Part shown: in pieces, positions 10,159 to 20,157 of the stretch | Layout of the letters: each line of letters begins with the position of its first letter | Numbering within the stretch: position 1 is the stretch's first letter | Source: Candidatus Latescibacterota bacterium | Lineage (GTDB): Bacteria > Latescibacterota > UBA2968 > UBA8231 | NCBI GenBank assembly: GCA_965203175.1 | Contig: OZ241867.1 | Coordinates: forward strand, 1,920,001-1,984,000 | Direction of reading: 5' to 3' | Length of the DNA stretch: 64,000 nucleotides | Translations under genes and position numbers: made by a program | Notes under the pieces: generated by a model | The model's database searches: none | Seen by the model: only the letters and a program-made list of their open reading frames with translations | What the model was told of the DNA's origin: nothing

Positions 10159-10651
10159 TATTTCCATTCTCCTCTTCCTGTGGGTCGGCACTATCCTCGC
10201 CCGCTTCGACGGTGGATTTGTCGAGGGTGGTCAAGGCACCTTCCCAAGGGTTAATGACGTCAACGTCTATATCTGCGAAGTCCCCGACGTTCCGCGTCGC
10301 AACAGAGAGATCATGAACTTTGGCTGTCCCGGCGATCAGCGCATCTCCCAAGTCCAGCACGCGACCACAGCGATGCGCCTGCGCCCGGAATTGGGCCGCC
10401 CGCTCTGCCCCGGTCCTCTCCAAGGGCAAGATGCGATCCTCATACGCCGCAATGAACTCTGACAGCACCGACCGCAACCCGTCGCGACGTTGTCCCGGCG
10501 GCAGCAGTTGCAAGCCGAATTCCAACTCATGCAACACTAGCGCGGATAACCACAAGTCGTCTTGTTCGGTCAGGAATGCGACAACCCGCTGATTGGGCGC
10601 GTCTTTCGTCAACTCCGAGACCACATTGGTGTCTAGCAGAAACCCGCTCAC
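10139..10651 (-). CDS. vapC: VapC PIN-domain toxin
   Basis: FLLDTNVVSE, EL.FG, DALIAGTA, ATRNVGDF, INPW. Overlaps the antitoxin stop (GTGA). Confidence 0.92.
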   Translation of the reverse strand: MSGFLLDTNVVSELTKDAPNQRVVAFLTEQDDLWLSALVLHELEFGLQLLPPGQRRDGLRSVLSEFIAAYEDRILPLERTGAERAAQFRAQAHRCGRVLDLGDALIAGTAKVHDLSVATRNVGDFADIDVDVINPWEGALTTLDKSTVEAGEDSADPQEEENGNNAGCGE

Positions 10652-10932
10652 CCTGTGTCTCCAGACGCGAATGGGATTTCCCGCCGGGACTCTCTATTTC
10701 TGGTGGTCTCAAGGTTCGCGCCACGGGGCATGTTGGCTACCAGCCACTGGCCCATGGGTTGGCGCTGCGATTCTTTCTCGGCCCATACGTGGGCGGGAAC
10801 TACAACGAAGGACTTCCGCGTACCGATGTGTTGAGGCCCTTCCTCTTCGGCACGACGCAGGACTTCAGACAAACGCGCCTTGGCCTCGGCGACGGTCCAA
10901 ACGCGATGGGGTGCTGAGTATCGGGTGGTCAT
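10648..10932 (-). CDS. Phd/YefM family antitoxin
   Basis: WTVAEAKARLSEVLRRA..EGPQ.I, directly upstream of vapC. ATG 10932 follows GAGGA. Confidence 0.88.
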   Translation of the reverse strand: MTTRYSAPHRVWTVAEAKARLSEVLRRAEEEGPQHIGTRKSFVVVPAHVWAEKESQRQPMGQWLVANMPRGANLETTRNRESRREIPFASGDTG

Positions 10933-10955
10933 AGTTCCTCTAGCTGGGTTGCTGT

Positions 10956-10980
10956 TATAGTCCAATATAGACTATATTGG
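10956..10980. promoter_or_regulatory. Palindromic operator upstream of the toxin-antitoxin operon
   Basis: Perfect CCAATATAG-A-CTATATTGG (10962-10980) overlapping TATAGTC-N7-GACTATA (10956-10976), 24-48 nt before the antitoxin start. Confidence 0.6.
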
Positions 10981-11014
10981 CTGTCGCATCAATGCTTTGT
11001 TGCGATCTGAGCGC

Positions 11015-11818
11015 TCAAGGAACGGCGGGCAGTTCGAAGTACCCAAGCTCAGCCATGCGCCGCAGCCAGCGCCCTCGCTTGAGGCTACCGGAAGGGTTCC
11101 GCAGCCATTCGAGTGGGTACATAGACTGTTCCGATCTCCCGAAGTGCGCGGGTGTCTTCTTTGAGTTGACGGCGCGTTCACGAGTAGCGGCCTCTTCGAC
11201 TTCGCCCTTGGGATTGTTGTAGTACACACAGGTGCACATGCGGCGGCCCGCAGCGCCGCCACTACTGGCGTGCCAGCAGCGCATGTCAAAGGCCACCACA
11301 TCGCCCGGTTCCGACTGGCAAACGTAGGCGGGGACGTCGGCCACGTCGAGCTCGAGGGTGTTCAGGGAGTCGTGCAACTGATCGTGGAACTCGCGCCGGT
11401 GCGAACCGGGGATGAGCCGCAGGGCGCCGCTCTCGGCATCGACCGGATCGAGGTAGAAGGCGAACTTGACGCCGAAACAATCCGCGGATGGATCGGCCCT
11501 ATGATCGGGATGCCAGCCCGTATCGCCGACATAGCGGTTGGCATCGGTGCCGATGCCGATGACGTCGTCGCCGTAGAGCTGCTCGGCCACGCCGCATAAG
11601 CGTTCGTCTTCGAGCAGGCTGGCGTACAGAGGGGTGCGCGGGTGCAGCATCATCGTCCAGTAGCGCGTCTCCCCCGTGAAGGGCTGATCGGCGTACACGT
11701 GATCTAGCTCGGTCTCGTACTCCTGGCTCAGGACCTCGACCTCTTCCGGGGTGAACAGCTTGTGCAGGGTGACGAAGCCGAAGGTTCGGAAGTGATGCAG
11801 TTGCTGGTCGGTCAACAT
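11015..11818 (-). CDS. PhyH family dioxygenase
   Basis: MLTDQQLHHFRTFGF, WHPD, LRLIPGSH, PGDVVAFD...WHAS...RR. ATG 11818 after GGAGG. Confidence 0.88.
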   Translation of the reverse strand: MLTDQQLHHFRTFGFVTLHKLFTPEEVEVLSQEYETELDHVYADQPFTGETRYWTMMLHPRTPLYASLLEDERLCGVAEQLYGDDVIGIGTDANRYVGDTGWHPDHRADPSADCFGVKFAFYLDPVDAESGALRLIPGSHRREFHDQLHDSLNTLELDVADVPAYVCQSEPGDVVAFDMRCWHASSGGAAGRRMCTCVYYNNPKGEVEEAATRERAVNSKKTPAHFGRSEQSMYPLEWLRNPSGSLKRGRWLRRMAELGYFELPAVP

Positions 11819-11979
11819 GGGGTTCCTCCGATGCGCTAATGCGGCCATTGGAAAGGGTTGTCGTGTGCTTGGGCCAAATTAGAACGCATCCCCCGGTTGG
11901 GCAAGTTCAGTCCTTGATCCAGCTACCGATGACACCTTATTCTTCCCATTCACACCCCCTTCGCGGCATGGAGTGAGAA

Positions 11980-13125
11980 TTGATCGTCGACAGCAAAAAA
12001 CTGCTGGATGCAGGCTACCTCATCGTTCCCGAGTGCGTCCCACCAGATCGACTGGAGTCGATGCGGACGCACTGCGAGCAGATGGTGGAGCGGCACAAGA
12101 CGTGGTGGGCAGAACAACGCACCCCGGACCAACCGCCGGGCGGCGAATGGGAGGTCGGCAAGCAGCCGCGCGTCCTGTTCGACAGGGTGATCGACCGTCA
12201 GAATCACGAGTCGGTGGAGTTCCTGTTTCACGAGAACACGTACGGCATCAGCAAGCAGATCATGCAGACCGAAGACGTGGTGCCAACGCAGTTCGGCATG
12301 TTCTGCAACCCGCGCATTGACCACGGGCCGTCAGACTGGCATCGCGACATCAGCCCGCCGGCACACGGTCCGGTCGAAGCCTACTACACCGACTTCCTCA
12401 ACAACCCCCCGTGTTACACACAGTGGAACATCGCCCTGTACGACGACGACGTCTTCTGGCTGGTACCAGGGAGCCATCGCCGCTTCAATACGGCAACCGA
12501 AAACCAACAGCTATCCATTAGCGAGCACGCGCCCATTGACGGCGGTATGCCGATCGAACTCCGAGCTGGCGACGGCATCGTCTATCTCACGCCGATTCTG
12601 CATTGGGGCAGCAACTACAGCGCGAAATTGAGACGGACCATCCAATTTGCGTACCGCGCCTTCAACAACGGCAGCCTCACCGGAGCCTACGTCGTTCACT
12701 GGCCATCGGATATCGCCGATAGGCTGCCAGAACATCTAGCAGCCCGGTTCCGGCATTTCGGCGAGTTGCTGGCCACAGAACACGACACCATGGAGCGCAT
12801 GTTCCGCGCGATGATAGCCAGAGACGACGAGACGTTTCTCGAAGGGCTTGCCGAACTTCATTCGGGTGCCGTGGGCAAGATGTCCTGCGTGGTGCAGCTA
12901 TCCAAGGTGGCGAAAGGCTCTGTTCTCCGCACCCGAGGTCCGGTCGGCAGCCGCTTTACCCAGGAGGAAGCAGACCTTCTGTGGCAGCGTTTCGCCGAGT
13001 TCGACCGGCTCCTTCAAGTGGACGAGCCGCATCTCGTCCCCGGTTTCCAGTGCAAGGAGCCCACCACGTACCGCTTTGAGGAAATGCCGGCGATGGACGT
13101 CGACGAATTCATCGCGAGTTGGTAA
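11980..13125 (+). CDS. PhyH family dioxygenase with C-terminal extension
   Basis: WHRD, QWNIALYDD..FWLVPGSH, LRAGDG...LHWG...RRT. TTG start. Confidence 0.75.
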   Translation: MIVDSKKLLDAGYLIVPECVPPDRLESMRTHCEQMVERHKTWWAEQRTPDQPPGGEWEVGKQPRVLFDRVIDRQNHESVEFLFHENTYGISKQIMQTEDVVPTQFGMFCNPRIDHGPSDWHRDISPPAHGPVEAYYTDFLNNPPCYTQWNIALYDDDVFWLVPGSHRRFNTATENQQLSISEHAPIDGGMPIELRAGDGIVYLTPILHWGSNYSAKLRRTIQFAYRAFNNGSLTGAYVVHWPSDIADRLPEHLAARFRHFGELLATEHDTMERMFRAMIARDDETFLEGLAELHSGAVGKMSCVVQLSKVAKGSVLRTRGPVGSRFTQEEADLLWQRFAEFDRLLQVDEPHLVPGFQCKEPTTYRFEEMPAMDVDEFIASW

Positions 13126-13156
13126 AAGAATCGGCCCGCTCGTACCCATCACCTTC

Positions 13157-14032
13157 TTAGCAGACGGTGGCGGTTTGCATGGCTGCGAGCAAGTCGGCCG
13201 GGCTCATCAGAACACCCAGAACAGAGTGCTCGCTACCCCGTGGTATTTCCAGCCCGGTGGCGGTAGCCATTATGCCGTCAAAATCGCGCGTGGGGTGTAC
13301 GGGGATCTTGCGATTGGGTCGGTCGATGCTGAGATGGGCATACAAGGTGATCCCCAAGGGGCTTTCCAACATCACTTTACTAGGGTCCAGGTCTAGCCTG
13401 ATCTTGCCCGTGGCTCCTGCGTCAATCTTCCTGAACCCGTCGAGGAAGAGGCCGATCGGATAGCCCAGTGGACCGTCGAAGAGGTAACCTCGCGTGGCGC
13501 CGTCCGGGAGCAGAAAATGGGTCACCAACTCCGCTTTGCAAAGGAGGCGTTGGTCTGGCACCGTCATGTCAAAGTTGTCAAACGCCGGCGTCTTGAGACC
13601 GAGCTGTCGGCCGAGTGCGGTGCCGTAACTGTAGACACATCCAGTAAACGACTCGCCCCACAACTCCAACTCGGTGGTCTCGCAATCGAGCTGGTGACCC
13701 TTGTCGGCTAGCTGCGACGAGAACGAGTCGGTCAGATCCTGCCTGTACTGCTCGGGGTCGATCCCGTCATACCACTCGGCGCGGAGCTCGACAACGCGGT
13801 CGTCACCGAGTTGTTGCTTGGCATAGGCGAGGATTTCCCGACCCCCGTCGAGCTGAGCGTAAATCGCATCCGGCCCCAGTTGACGGATCGCCGCGCGCCA
13901 ACGTCGTTCGCACAGCAACTCGCGCTCGAGATATATCCCGGCGTTCGTGTTGCGCAAGGTTTTCGGATCAGTGGCGGCTAGGTCGCTGTAGAGCATTGAG
14001 TGAATCAGATAGACGATCTTTCTCACCTTCAT
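13157..14032 (-). CDS. Hypothetical protein
   Basis: About 290-codon ORF filling the gap between genes, GGAG before ATG 14032. No family recognised. Confidence 0.6.
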   Translation of the reverse strand: MKVRKIVYLIHSMLYSDLAATDPKTLRNTNAGIYLERELLCERRWRAAIRQLGPDAIYAQLDGGREILAYAKQQLGDDRVVELRAEWYDGIDPEQYRQDLTDSFSSQLADKGHQLDCETTELELWGESFTGCVYSYGTALGRQLGLKTPAFDNFDMTVPDQRLLCKAELVTHFLLPDGATRGYLFDGPLGYPIGLFLDGFRKIDAGATGKIRLDLDPSKVMLESPLGITLYAHLSIDRPNRKIPVHPTRDFDGIMATATGLEIPRGSEHSVLGVLMSPADLLAAMQTATVC

Positions 14033-14207
14033 TGACGCAGTCTCCAATTATCGCTAATACCGTCGCTTCCCTTCTCACCACTGTATAGCGAATCAAGGTG
14101 CTCATGTCCACCTCTCGTCAGGCACGTCGGCAATTTGTCTCGTCCCGACTCGATGCCTACTTTAACGCCGCAGACGCACGGAGAAATCACTCCCGAGGAG
14201 ACGAAAA

Positions 14208-14606
14208 ATGGCCAAGCGAACATCGCTGCGTCCGGCCGGGTGGACCTGGGCGGACAATCTGAGCCACGACATAGGAATCCAGATCGACGACACCATCTGG
14301 GTATCGGGCATGGTGGCCTTTGATCCCGAGGGCCATATCGTCGGGCAAGGGGATATGCGGGCCCAGGCGGACCAGGTCTTCGCCAATATCGCCGCAGTAC
14401 TGGCCGAGGCCGGCGCAACCTTGGACGACGTGGTCAAAATTACCGCCTGGCTGACCGATATGAGTCAGTACTCGGGCTACAACGACGCCCGGGCCGCGGC
14501 CTTCACCAGTCGCCTGCCTGCTAGCGCCACCGTGCACTCACCCCAGTTGGTGCGCGACGGTCTGCTGGTCGAGGTCGAGGCCGTGGCTGTGCTCGGTGCC
14601 GACTAG
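14208..14606 (+). CDS. RidA/YjgF/UK114 family imine deaminase
   Basis: VSGMVA, QADQVFANI, DDVVK, PASATV, LLVEVEAVA. GAGGAG RBS. Confidence 0.9.
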   Translation: MAKRTSLRPAGWTWADNLSHDIGIQIDDTIWVSGMVAFDPEGHIVGQGDMRAQADQVFANIAAVLAEAGATLDDVVKITAWLTDMSQYSGYNDARAAAFTSRLPASATVHSPQLVRDGLLVEVEAVAVLGAD

Positions 14607-14706
14607 TCGCGCAGAGATTCTTCATTTCGCCGTGCGATGCACGAGTATGCCTCTCCCAAGATCCTCTTTCAAGCTAGCCAGACAAAGGATCTTGATCATT
14701 CCCTAT

Positions 14707-15471
14707 TCAGCTAACTCCCCTTTTTTCAACAAAGCCGGCTCCACATCTCGAGCTCGCCAGACAAAAGGCCTTGATCATTCCCACCAGAAGTAATCCGTCA
14801 TTCTCTTGCAACCGATAGCCATCCTTGTCTTGCACCAACAGCCCCGCTTCAATCAGTTTGTCAAGTACATCCGCCAGTGCCTGCGAAGACTCGGCCAGAT
14901 CTGCTGCCAACAGTGCAGCAAACTTTTTAGGGCCTCTCAGCAGGAAGAAAACGAGGGGCCAGCACTCGGGCGCGAAGAGGGTGCGAAGAATATCCATCAT
15001 ATCGGCCGATGGGGTGTCGTCTTCCAAAGCGTCGCCGCTAGCAAAGCATACTAAGCCGCTGCTACTCCAAAAGCTGAATCCCACAAGTCCCTTATCCGAA
15101 TCCGACAGTTGATAGGAGATATTCTTATTCCGGTTCCTCATATCATAGGGAGGAATTAGAAATCCTAGTGCCGTCATCAGAGCGGCGTGTCGTTCTTCTT
15201 CGTTTCTGAGGTCGCTAATGCGCTGACCCAATTTGGTGCCGAGCGTTTCAATGCCGAGTTCACTGTCAATTCCCAACAGCGCATCGGCCGAAGTGCCCAG
15301 CGTTTTGCACAAGGCTGGAAACGTCCCAATATCGGGCAGCGACTCGCCGTTCTCCCACTTGGAAACGGCCTGCGGACTAACAAATAGGTCGTTCCCCAGT
15401 TGTTCCTGTGTGAGTCCCTGCTGCTTCCGTCGCTCCTGTATCCTTTGTCCAAGCTCTACTGGGTCAATCAT
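14707..15471 (-). CDS. XRE-family HTH transcriptional regulator with C-terminal winged-helix-like region
   Basis: GLTQEQLG..LFVSPQAVSKWENGESLPDI. AGGAG RBS. Lower GC than neighbours. Confidence 0.85.
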   Translation of the reverse strand: MIDPVELGQRIQERRKQQGLTQEQLGNDLFVSPQAVSKWENGESLPDIGTFPALCKTLGTSADALLGIDSELGIETLGTKLGQRISDLRNEEERHAALMTALGFLIPPYDMRNRNKNISYQLSDSDKGLVGFSFWSSSGLVCFASGDALEDDTPSADMMDILRTLFAPECWPLVFFLLRGPKKFAALLAADLAESSQALADVLDKLIEAGLLVQDKDGYRLQENDGLLLVGMIKAFCLASSRCGAGFVEKRGVS

Positions 15472-15515
15472 CGCGCGCTATCTCCTTTGTTTTGGGTATG
15501 TACAGCACACTGCTA

Positions 15516-15610
15516 TCAAGCGATGGTTGTTGTTGTCTGCACAACCAAAATAGCGCATTTACCCATTTGTCGGCATTGAGGAACGCGCAATCCGATCAAC
15601 TGCTGGTTGA
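15516..15610. promoter_or_regulatory. Two TCAAC-N5-GTTGA-type inverted repeats upstream of the XRE gene
   Basis: TCAACtgctgGTTGA (15596-15610) and degenerate TCAAGcgatgGTTGT (15516-15530). Confidence 0.4.
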
Positions 15611-15624
15611 GCTTTTCCCCTAGA

Positions 15625-17025
15625 TCAGAGAAGCGGCCGTTCGTGGCTCCAGGGGGCGAGCTGTTCGAAGGCACGGGCGGCGCGCAACACGGTGAGGTCC
15701 TGCCGCCAGCCGCCGATAATTTGCAGGCCCACGGGCAGGCCATCGACGCGGCCGCAGGGCACACTGGCAGCGGGCAGGCCGGTGAGGTTTACCGGGTAGG
15801 TGAAGGCCGTCCAGCTCAGGTAGGTAGTAGCGCGGCCGGCGACCGAGCCGGGGTGGTCGTCGCCAGCGGCAAAGGCGGTGACCGGCAGCGTCGGCGTCAG
15901 CAGCAGGTCGTAGTTCTCGTAAAACTCCCGCCATAGGTGGTAGTACGCGTTGCGCTCTATGTAAGCACCGGCCACATCCGTGCCTCGGAACTCAAACCCC
16001 TCTTCGACGACGGCGCGCAGGCCGGGATCGAGGCGATCGGCGATCTGGTCGAACTGGTCGCGGAAGTTGGCGGCGAAAGCCGTGGACCACAGAACGTGGA
16101 CGAGACGCCACGGATCTTCGCCAGCCGGGTGAGCCTCCTCAATGGTGCAACCGAGATCCGCGAAGCGACGGGCCGCCGCTTGTGCGGTCTCGACGACCTG
16201 GGCATCGACGGCCGCGTACCCTAGGTCGGGCGACCAGGCCACGCGCAGCCCGTCCACGCCAGCTTCGACCTCATCAAACGCCAACGGTTCCGCCGGCATC
16301 GAGGTGCGATCCCGTGCATCGGGGCCGAGCATGACCTCAAGCATCTGCACGGCGTCGCCGACGGTGCGGGTAATCGGCCCGGCGTGGGACAGGGTCTCCA
16401 CCACGCTAGCCGGATGCTGGGGTATCCGTCCCCAAGAGGGTTTGAAGCCGAAGGCCCCCGAGAAACCGGCCGGGATGCGGATCGAGCCAGCGCCGTCCGT
16501 GCCTTGGGCCAACACGCCCATGCCAGCGACCACGGCCGCCGCCGCTCCGCCGCTAGAGCCACCCGCCGTGCGTCCGTGCCGCCAAGGGTTGTGGGTTGGC
16601 CCAACGACGCGGTTGCCCGAATCGCCCTTCCAGCCGACCTCCGGCGTATTCGTCTTGCCGAGCAGCACCATTCCAGCATCGCGCAACCGTTCGGCGAGGG
16701 GCGCGTCAAAGTCCGGGATCCAGTCGGCAGTCAGCAGCGACCCCCGGGTGGTGCGAATCCCGCGCGTCGCCGTTAGATCCTTCAGCGAGCCGGGTATGCC
16801 GGCTAAAGGAGGCGGGTCCTCAGCGCTGGCAAAGGCGGCTTCGGCAGTGCGCGCTTCGGCCAAGGCCCGCTCCGGCGTGACCGTGACGAAGGCATTGAGC
16901 TTTGGGTCGAGTGTTTCGATGCGGCGCAGTACAGCTTCGGTGACCTCCACTGGGGACAGCTCGCGGCGCTCGTACAGGCGGCGCAGTTCAACGCCGGAGA
17001 GATAGCACAGATCGGTATCGTTCAT
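15625..17025 (-). CDS. Amidase signature family protein
   Basis: KD, GKTNTPE, GGSSGGAAAAV, GTDGAGSIRIPA. ATG 17025 overlaps the upstream stop (ATGA). Confidence 0.92.
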   Translation of the reverse strand: MNDTDLCYLSGVELRRLYERRELSPVEVTEAVLRRIETLDPKLNAFVTVTPERALAEARTAEAAFASAEDPPPLAGIPGSLKDLTATRGIRTTRGSLLTADWIPDFDAPLAERLRDAGMVLLGKTNTPEVGWKGDSGNRVVGPTHNPWRHGRTAGGSSGGAAAAVVAGMGVLAQGTDGAGSIRIPAGFSGAFGFKPSWGRIPQHPASVVETLSHAGPITRTVGDAVQMLEVMLGPDARDRTSMPAEPLAFDEVEAGVDGLRVAWSPDLGYAAVDAQVVETAQAAARRFADLGCTIEEAHPAGEDPWRLVHVLWSTAFAANFRDQFDQIADRLDPGLRAVVEEGFEFRGTDVAGAYIERNAYYHLWREFYENYDLLLTPTLPVTAFAAGDDHPGSVAGRATTYLSWTAFTYPVNLTGLPAASVPCGRVDGLPVGLQIIGGWRQDLTVLRAARAFEQLAPWSHERPLL

Positions 17026-18011
17026 GCTTTGAGCTCCACTTCTCTGCCGAGGCGGGACGACTCCATACACGCCGTCAGCACCGCCACCATATGGCGGGCG
17101 TATTCAGCCGTCACCGGTGGCTCCGTTCCCGCGTCAATCGCCGCGACGAACGCGCCCAACTGCTGCGTCGTGGAGTGGTGGTCTTCGGTTACCTCAACCT
17201 GTTCCCACTCCCCGTCCCGGCCGATGAAGAGATCGTTCCTTCCCGAGTGGATTCCATTGCGCAGTTGGAGCATGCCGTCCGTGCAGACGAACTCCGTGCT
17301 AAAGCGACTCCCCCCCGTCCGCCACCACACGTGAATTAGCGTCGAGTACACGCCGTTTTCGAATTGCAAAAGCGCCATGGCCACATCGTCGGCTGAGAAC
17401 TCGAAGAACCGGCTGTCGATCAGGGCCTTGACGGCGACGACGCGACTGCCCGTCCACCAGCAGGAGCGGTCGATTAGGTGGATGCCGTTCTGATACCACA
17501 AGCCCCCGTGCGTCGCCTTGTCGAGGTACCAAGCCGGCCTGTTCGGGTTGAAGGGGCGGTAGGCCTCGTCGCAGAGACAGACCAGATCGCCCACGGCCTG
17601 CTCGTGCAGCAGCTTCTTCACGGCTCGGTTCGTCGGCGAGAAGCGGTGCATGTGGCCGACGGAAAGCTGGTTGCCGGTCCGCTGCGCGGCTGCGATCATG
17701 GCGTCGCACTCTTCCACGTTGACGGCCATTGGTTTTTCCACCAGCACGTGCTTGCCAGCCTCCAACGCGGCTACGGTTACTTCGCAGTGCAGGCCGTGGG
17801 GCAGGCAGACGATGACGAGGTCAACCCCGTCGTCCGCGAGCAGATCCTCATAGGAAGCGTAGCCCTGGCAGCCGTGTTCCGCGCAGACGCGGGCTAGGCG
17901 TTCCGCGTCGGCATCGGCAACCGCCTGCAAGTGCGTAGATTCAAGGGCCGCCACCGCTCGCAGATGTCCTGGGGATACGCTGCCAGCACCGATGATTCCG
18001 ACTCCGTGCAT
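17022..18011 (-). CDS. Gfo/Idh/MocA family oxidoreductase
   Basis: GIIGAG, AGKHVLVEKPMA, GG.....GIH.ID. Confidence 0.92.
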   Translation of the reverse strand: MHGVGIIGAGSVSPGHLRAVAALESTHLQAVADADAERLARVCAEHGCQGYASYEDLLADDGVDLVIVCLPHGLHCEVTVAALEAGKHVLVEKPMAVNVEECDAMIAAAQRTGNQLSVGHMHRFSPTNRAVKKLLHEQAVGDLVCLCDEAYRPFNPNRPAWYLDKATHGGLWYQNGIHLIDRSCWWTGSRVVAVKALIDSRFFEFSADDVAMALLQFENGVYSTLIHVWWRTGGSRFSTEFVCTDGMLQLRNGIHSGRNDLFIGRDGEWEQVEVTEDHHSTTQQLGAFVAAIDAGTEPPVTAEYARHMVAVLTACMESSRLGREVELKA

Positions 18012-18092
18012 TTCATCCTCGATTCAGAAGGACAGAAGTATAAAAGGGCATTTGAACCTTGGTCAACTTCGATGCCGGCGAGTTGTAATCCC

Positions 18093-19034
18093 CTACGGTT
18101 TCTGAGCTCCGTTCGTCTCGACGTACACCGAGAACAGCGACTGCGAACAGGTTATGAACAGCCGGTTCTTTTTCGCGCCGCCAAAGCAGAGGTTGGCGCA
18201 GGGCGCTGGCAGGTGGATCTTGCCGATCAAGGTGCCGTCGGGAGCAAAGCAGTGTACGCCGTCGTAGCCCTCGCCCCCCCAGCAGGCCCCCGACCACAGG
18301 TTGCCATCCACATCAGTGCGGACCCCGTCCGACGAGCCAATCCCCATGTCCGCGAACACGCGCCCGTTTGCGAGGCAGTCGCCGTGGACGTCGAACACGC
18401 GGATGTGGGTGGGGTATTCGGGGCCGTCGGAGCGTCCGGTATCGACGATGTAGAGCAGAGACTCGTCCGGGCTGAAGCAGAGGCCGTTGGGCCGCTGGAA
18501 ATCCCCGGCCACCACCGTCGCTTCCCCTGTGTTCGGATCGAGACGGTACACATTAGCGGCATTCTCAAACTCGTCCCGATGTCCCTCGTAGTCCATCAGA
18601 ATGCCGTAACCGGGGTCCGTGAACCAGATCGATCCATCCGACTTTACCACGATGTCGTTGGGGGCATTCAACGGCTTGCTCTCGAATTGGTCCATCAACA
18701 CAGTGATCGAACCGTCGTATTCCGTCCGCGTGACGCGGCGCGCGTCGTGTTCGCACGACAGCAATCGCCCTTGGAGATCTCGCGTGTTGCCGTTGGTGTT
18801 GTTCGATGGCTTGCGAAAGATCGAGACCTCCCCGGTCTCTTCTTCCCACTTGAGAATGCGGTTGTTGGGGATGTCGCTGAACAGTAGATAGCGGCCGTCG
18901 CCAAACCACACAGGGCCTTCGAGCCAGCGGCCGCCGGTCCAGAGCATTTCAAGGGCGGCATTGGCCAGCTTGTACTTGGCGAAGCGCTCGTCGAGCACTT
19001 CGATGCGGCGGTCTGGATACCTCACAAGTTCCAT
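18093..19034 (-). CDS. SMP-30/gluconolactonase family protein
   Basis: EGPVW, FSDIPNNRI, NAPND, FTDPGYG, PNGLCFSPDE, NLCFGG. Confidence 0.92.
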   Translation of the reverse strand: MELVRYPDRRIEVLDERFAKYKLANAALEMLWTGGRWLEGPVWFGDGRYLLFSDIPNNRILKWEEETGEVSIFRKPSNNTNGNTRDLQGRLLSCEHDARRVTRTEYDGSITVLMDQFESKPLNAPNDIVVKSDGSIWFTDPGYGILMDYEGHRDEFENAANVYRLDPNTGEATVVAGDFQRPNGLCFSPDESLLYIVDTGRSDGPEYPTHIRVFDVHGDCLANGRVFADMGIGSSDGVRTDVDGNLWSGACWGGEGYDGVHCFAPDGTLIGKIHLPAPCANLCFGGAKKNRLFITCSQSLFSVYVETNGAQKP

Positions 19035-19268
19035 ATCATCTTCCTGGTCAAATTAACGGATTGCGGCGGATTGCTGATGAAAGTTCTGGTTTTGTCCAGC
19101 CGCAAGCAAGGTTTTGAGTAAAAGCGCCCAAATGGCTTGATTCCTGCACAAATGAACACTATCTTTTTGTTCAGGTATTAAGCCCCACAACCATGGGTCG
19201 GATCGGTCCGCAGTCCACATTCACTATGAAAGTGGGGTTTGAACTAGTTCCCCCGAAAGGAGACCACT

Positions 19269-20147
19269 GTGGAGTCTATTCTGTTGGATCTGCACATCGC
19301 TGTCGGAGTGACCGTTTTACTGGCCATCGTCTTTTTGCTCAACTTCCTGTCCAGTCGTCGTCGTTTGGGCTGGCTTCACCTCTTCTGGCGCACGGTCGGT
19401 ATCGGCATGCTCGTCCTGCTAGTGGCCTTGGTGTCGCTCCCGGAAATTACGGCCAGCGCACAGGTAGCCCCATCGGACCCGGGCGCGTCCCAAGATAGTA
19501 GCGTGGCCACTGATCCGGCGATCTCTAGGCTGTCCAATCTGCCCACCGCTATGAATATGGGCGACGCCGACCGCGTGAGACAGCTAACCAAAGAAGGCCG
19601 ATGGCACATAATCGAGGGAGATAGCGCCGATCTTTTCGACGGCGAAACTCTGAAGGGGTGGTGGGCGCTATCCGACCAGTGGACGGTTCAGGATGGACAG
19701 ATCATATGCCCTACCTCCGAGCGAATACATTTCGCGATCTCGGAAATCGTCATCGACGAGCCGTTTCAACTCCGCTACGAGGTATCCCCCCTAGAGCGGT
19801 CACACGGAGACGGCAAGATGGTGGGGTTCGTGGATGCCGCCGGTTACAACATGCTAGTCGCCCTCGACGACGACGAGCCGCATACGATACAGATAGACAG
19901 CGGACGCAAATTCTTCGATGAGTCCGGAATTTACGGCCCTTGGCAGCGGGAAGTAGCTGCCGACCTCCAGATGCAGATTGGAAAATGGTACGACGTCGTC
20001 TGCACGGTGGATGGGTCCAATTTCACTGTCTCCGCCGGCGACGTGGAACTGAGCCATCCCTTTGAACCGGAGTTTCCGGTCTTCATCTGGCTCGAGGTCC
20101 AGCGCACGGGTGCAAAGTATCGAGGACTGCGGATTTCGAAACTGTAA
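19269..20147 (+). CDS. Membrane-anchored protein with DUF1080-like (ConA/LamG-fold) domain
   Basis: Two N-terminal hydrophobic helices. LFDGETLKGW...WTVQDGQI...GKWY...KYRGLRI resembles DUF1080. Confidence 0.55.
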   Translation: MESILLDLHIAVGVTVLLAIVFLLNFLSSRRRLGWLHLFWRTVGIGMLVLLVALVSLPEITASAQVAPSDPGASQDSSVATDPAISRLSNLPTAMNMGDADRVRQLTKEGRWHIIEGDSADLFDGETLKGWWALSDQWTVQDGQIICPTSERIHFAISEIVIDEPFQLRYEVSPLERSHGDGKMVGFVDAAGYNMLVALDDDEPHTIQIDSGRKFFDESGIYGPWQREVAADLQMQIGKWYDVVCTVDGSNFTVSAGDVELSHPFEPEFPVFIWLEVQRTGAKYRGLRISKL

Positions 20148-20157
20148 GGAGATCGCT

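Noticed and set aside
19035-19268. Riboswitch or ncRNA in the intergenic region with several short inverted repeats
   Set aside because: Only short hairpins (TGAACA-N9-TGTTCA, GAACTAGTTC), and no family consensus I can recognise.
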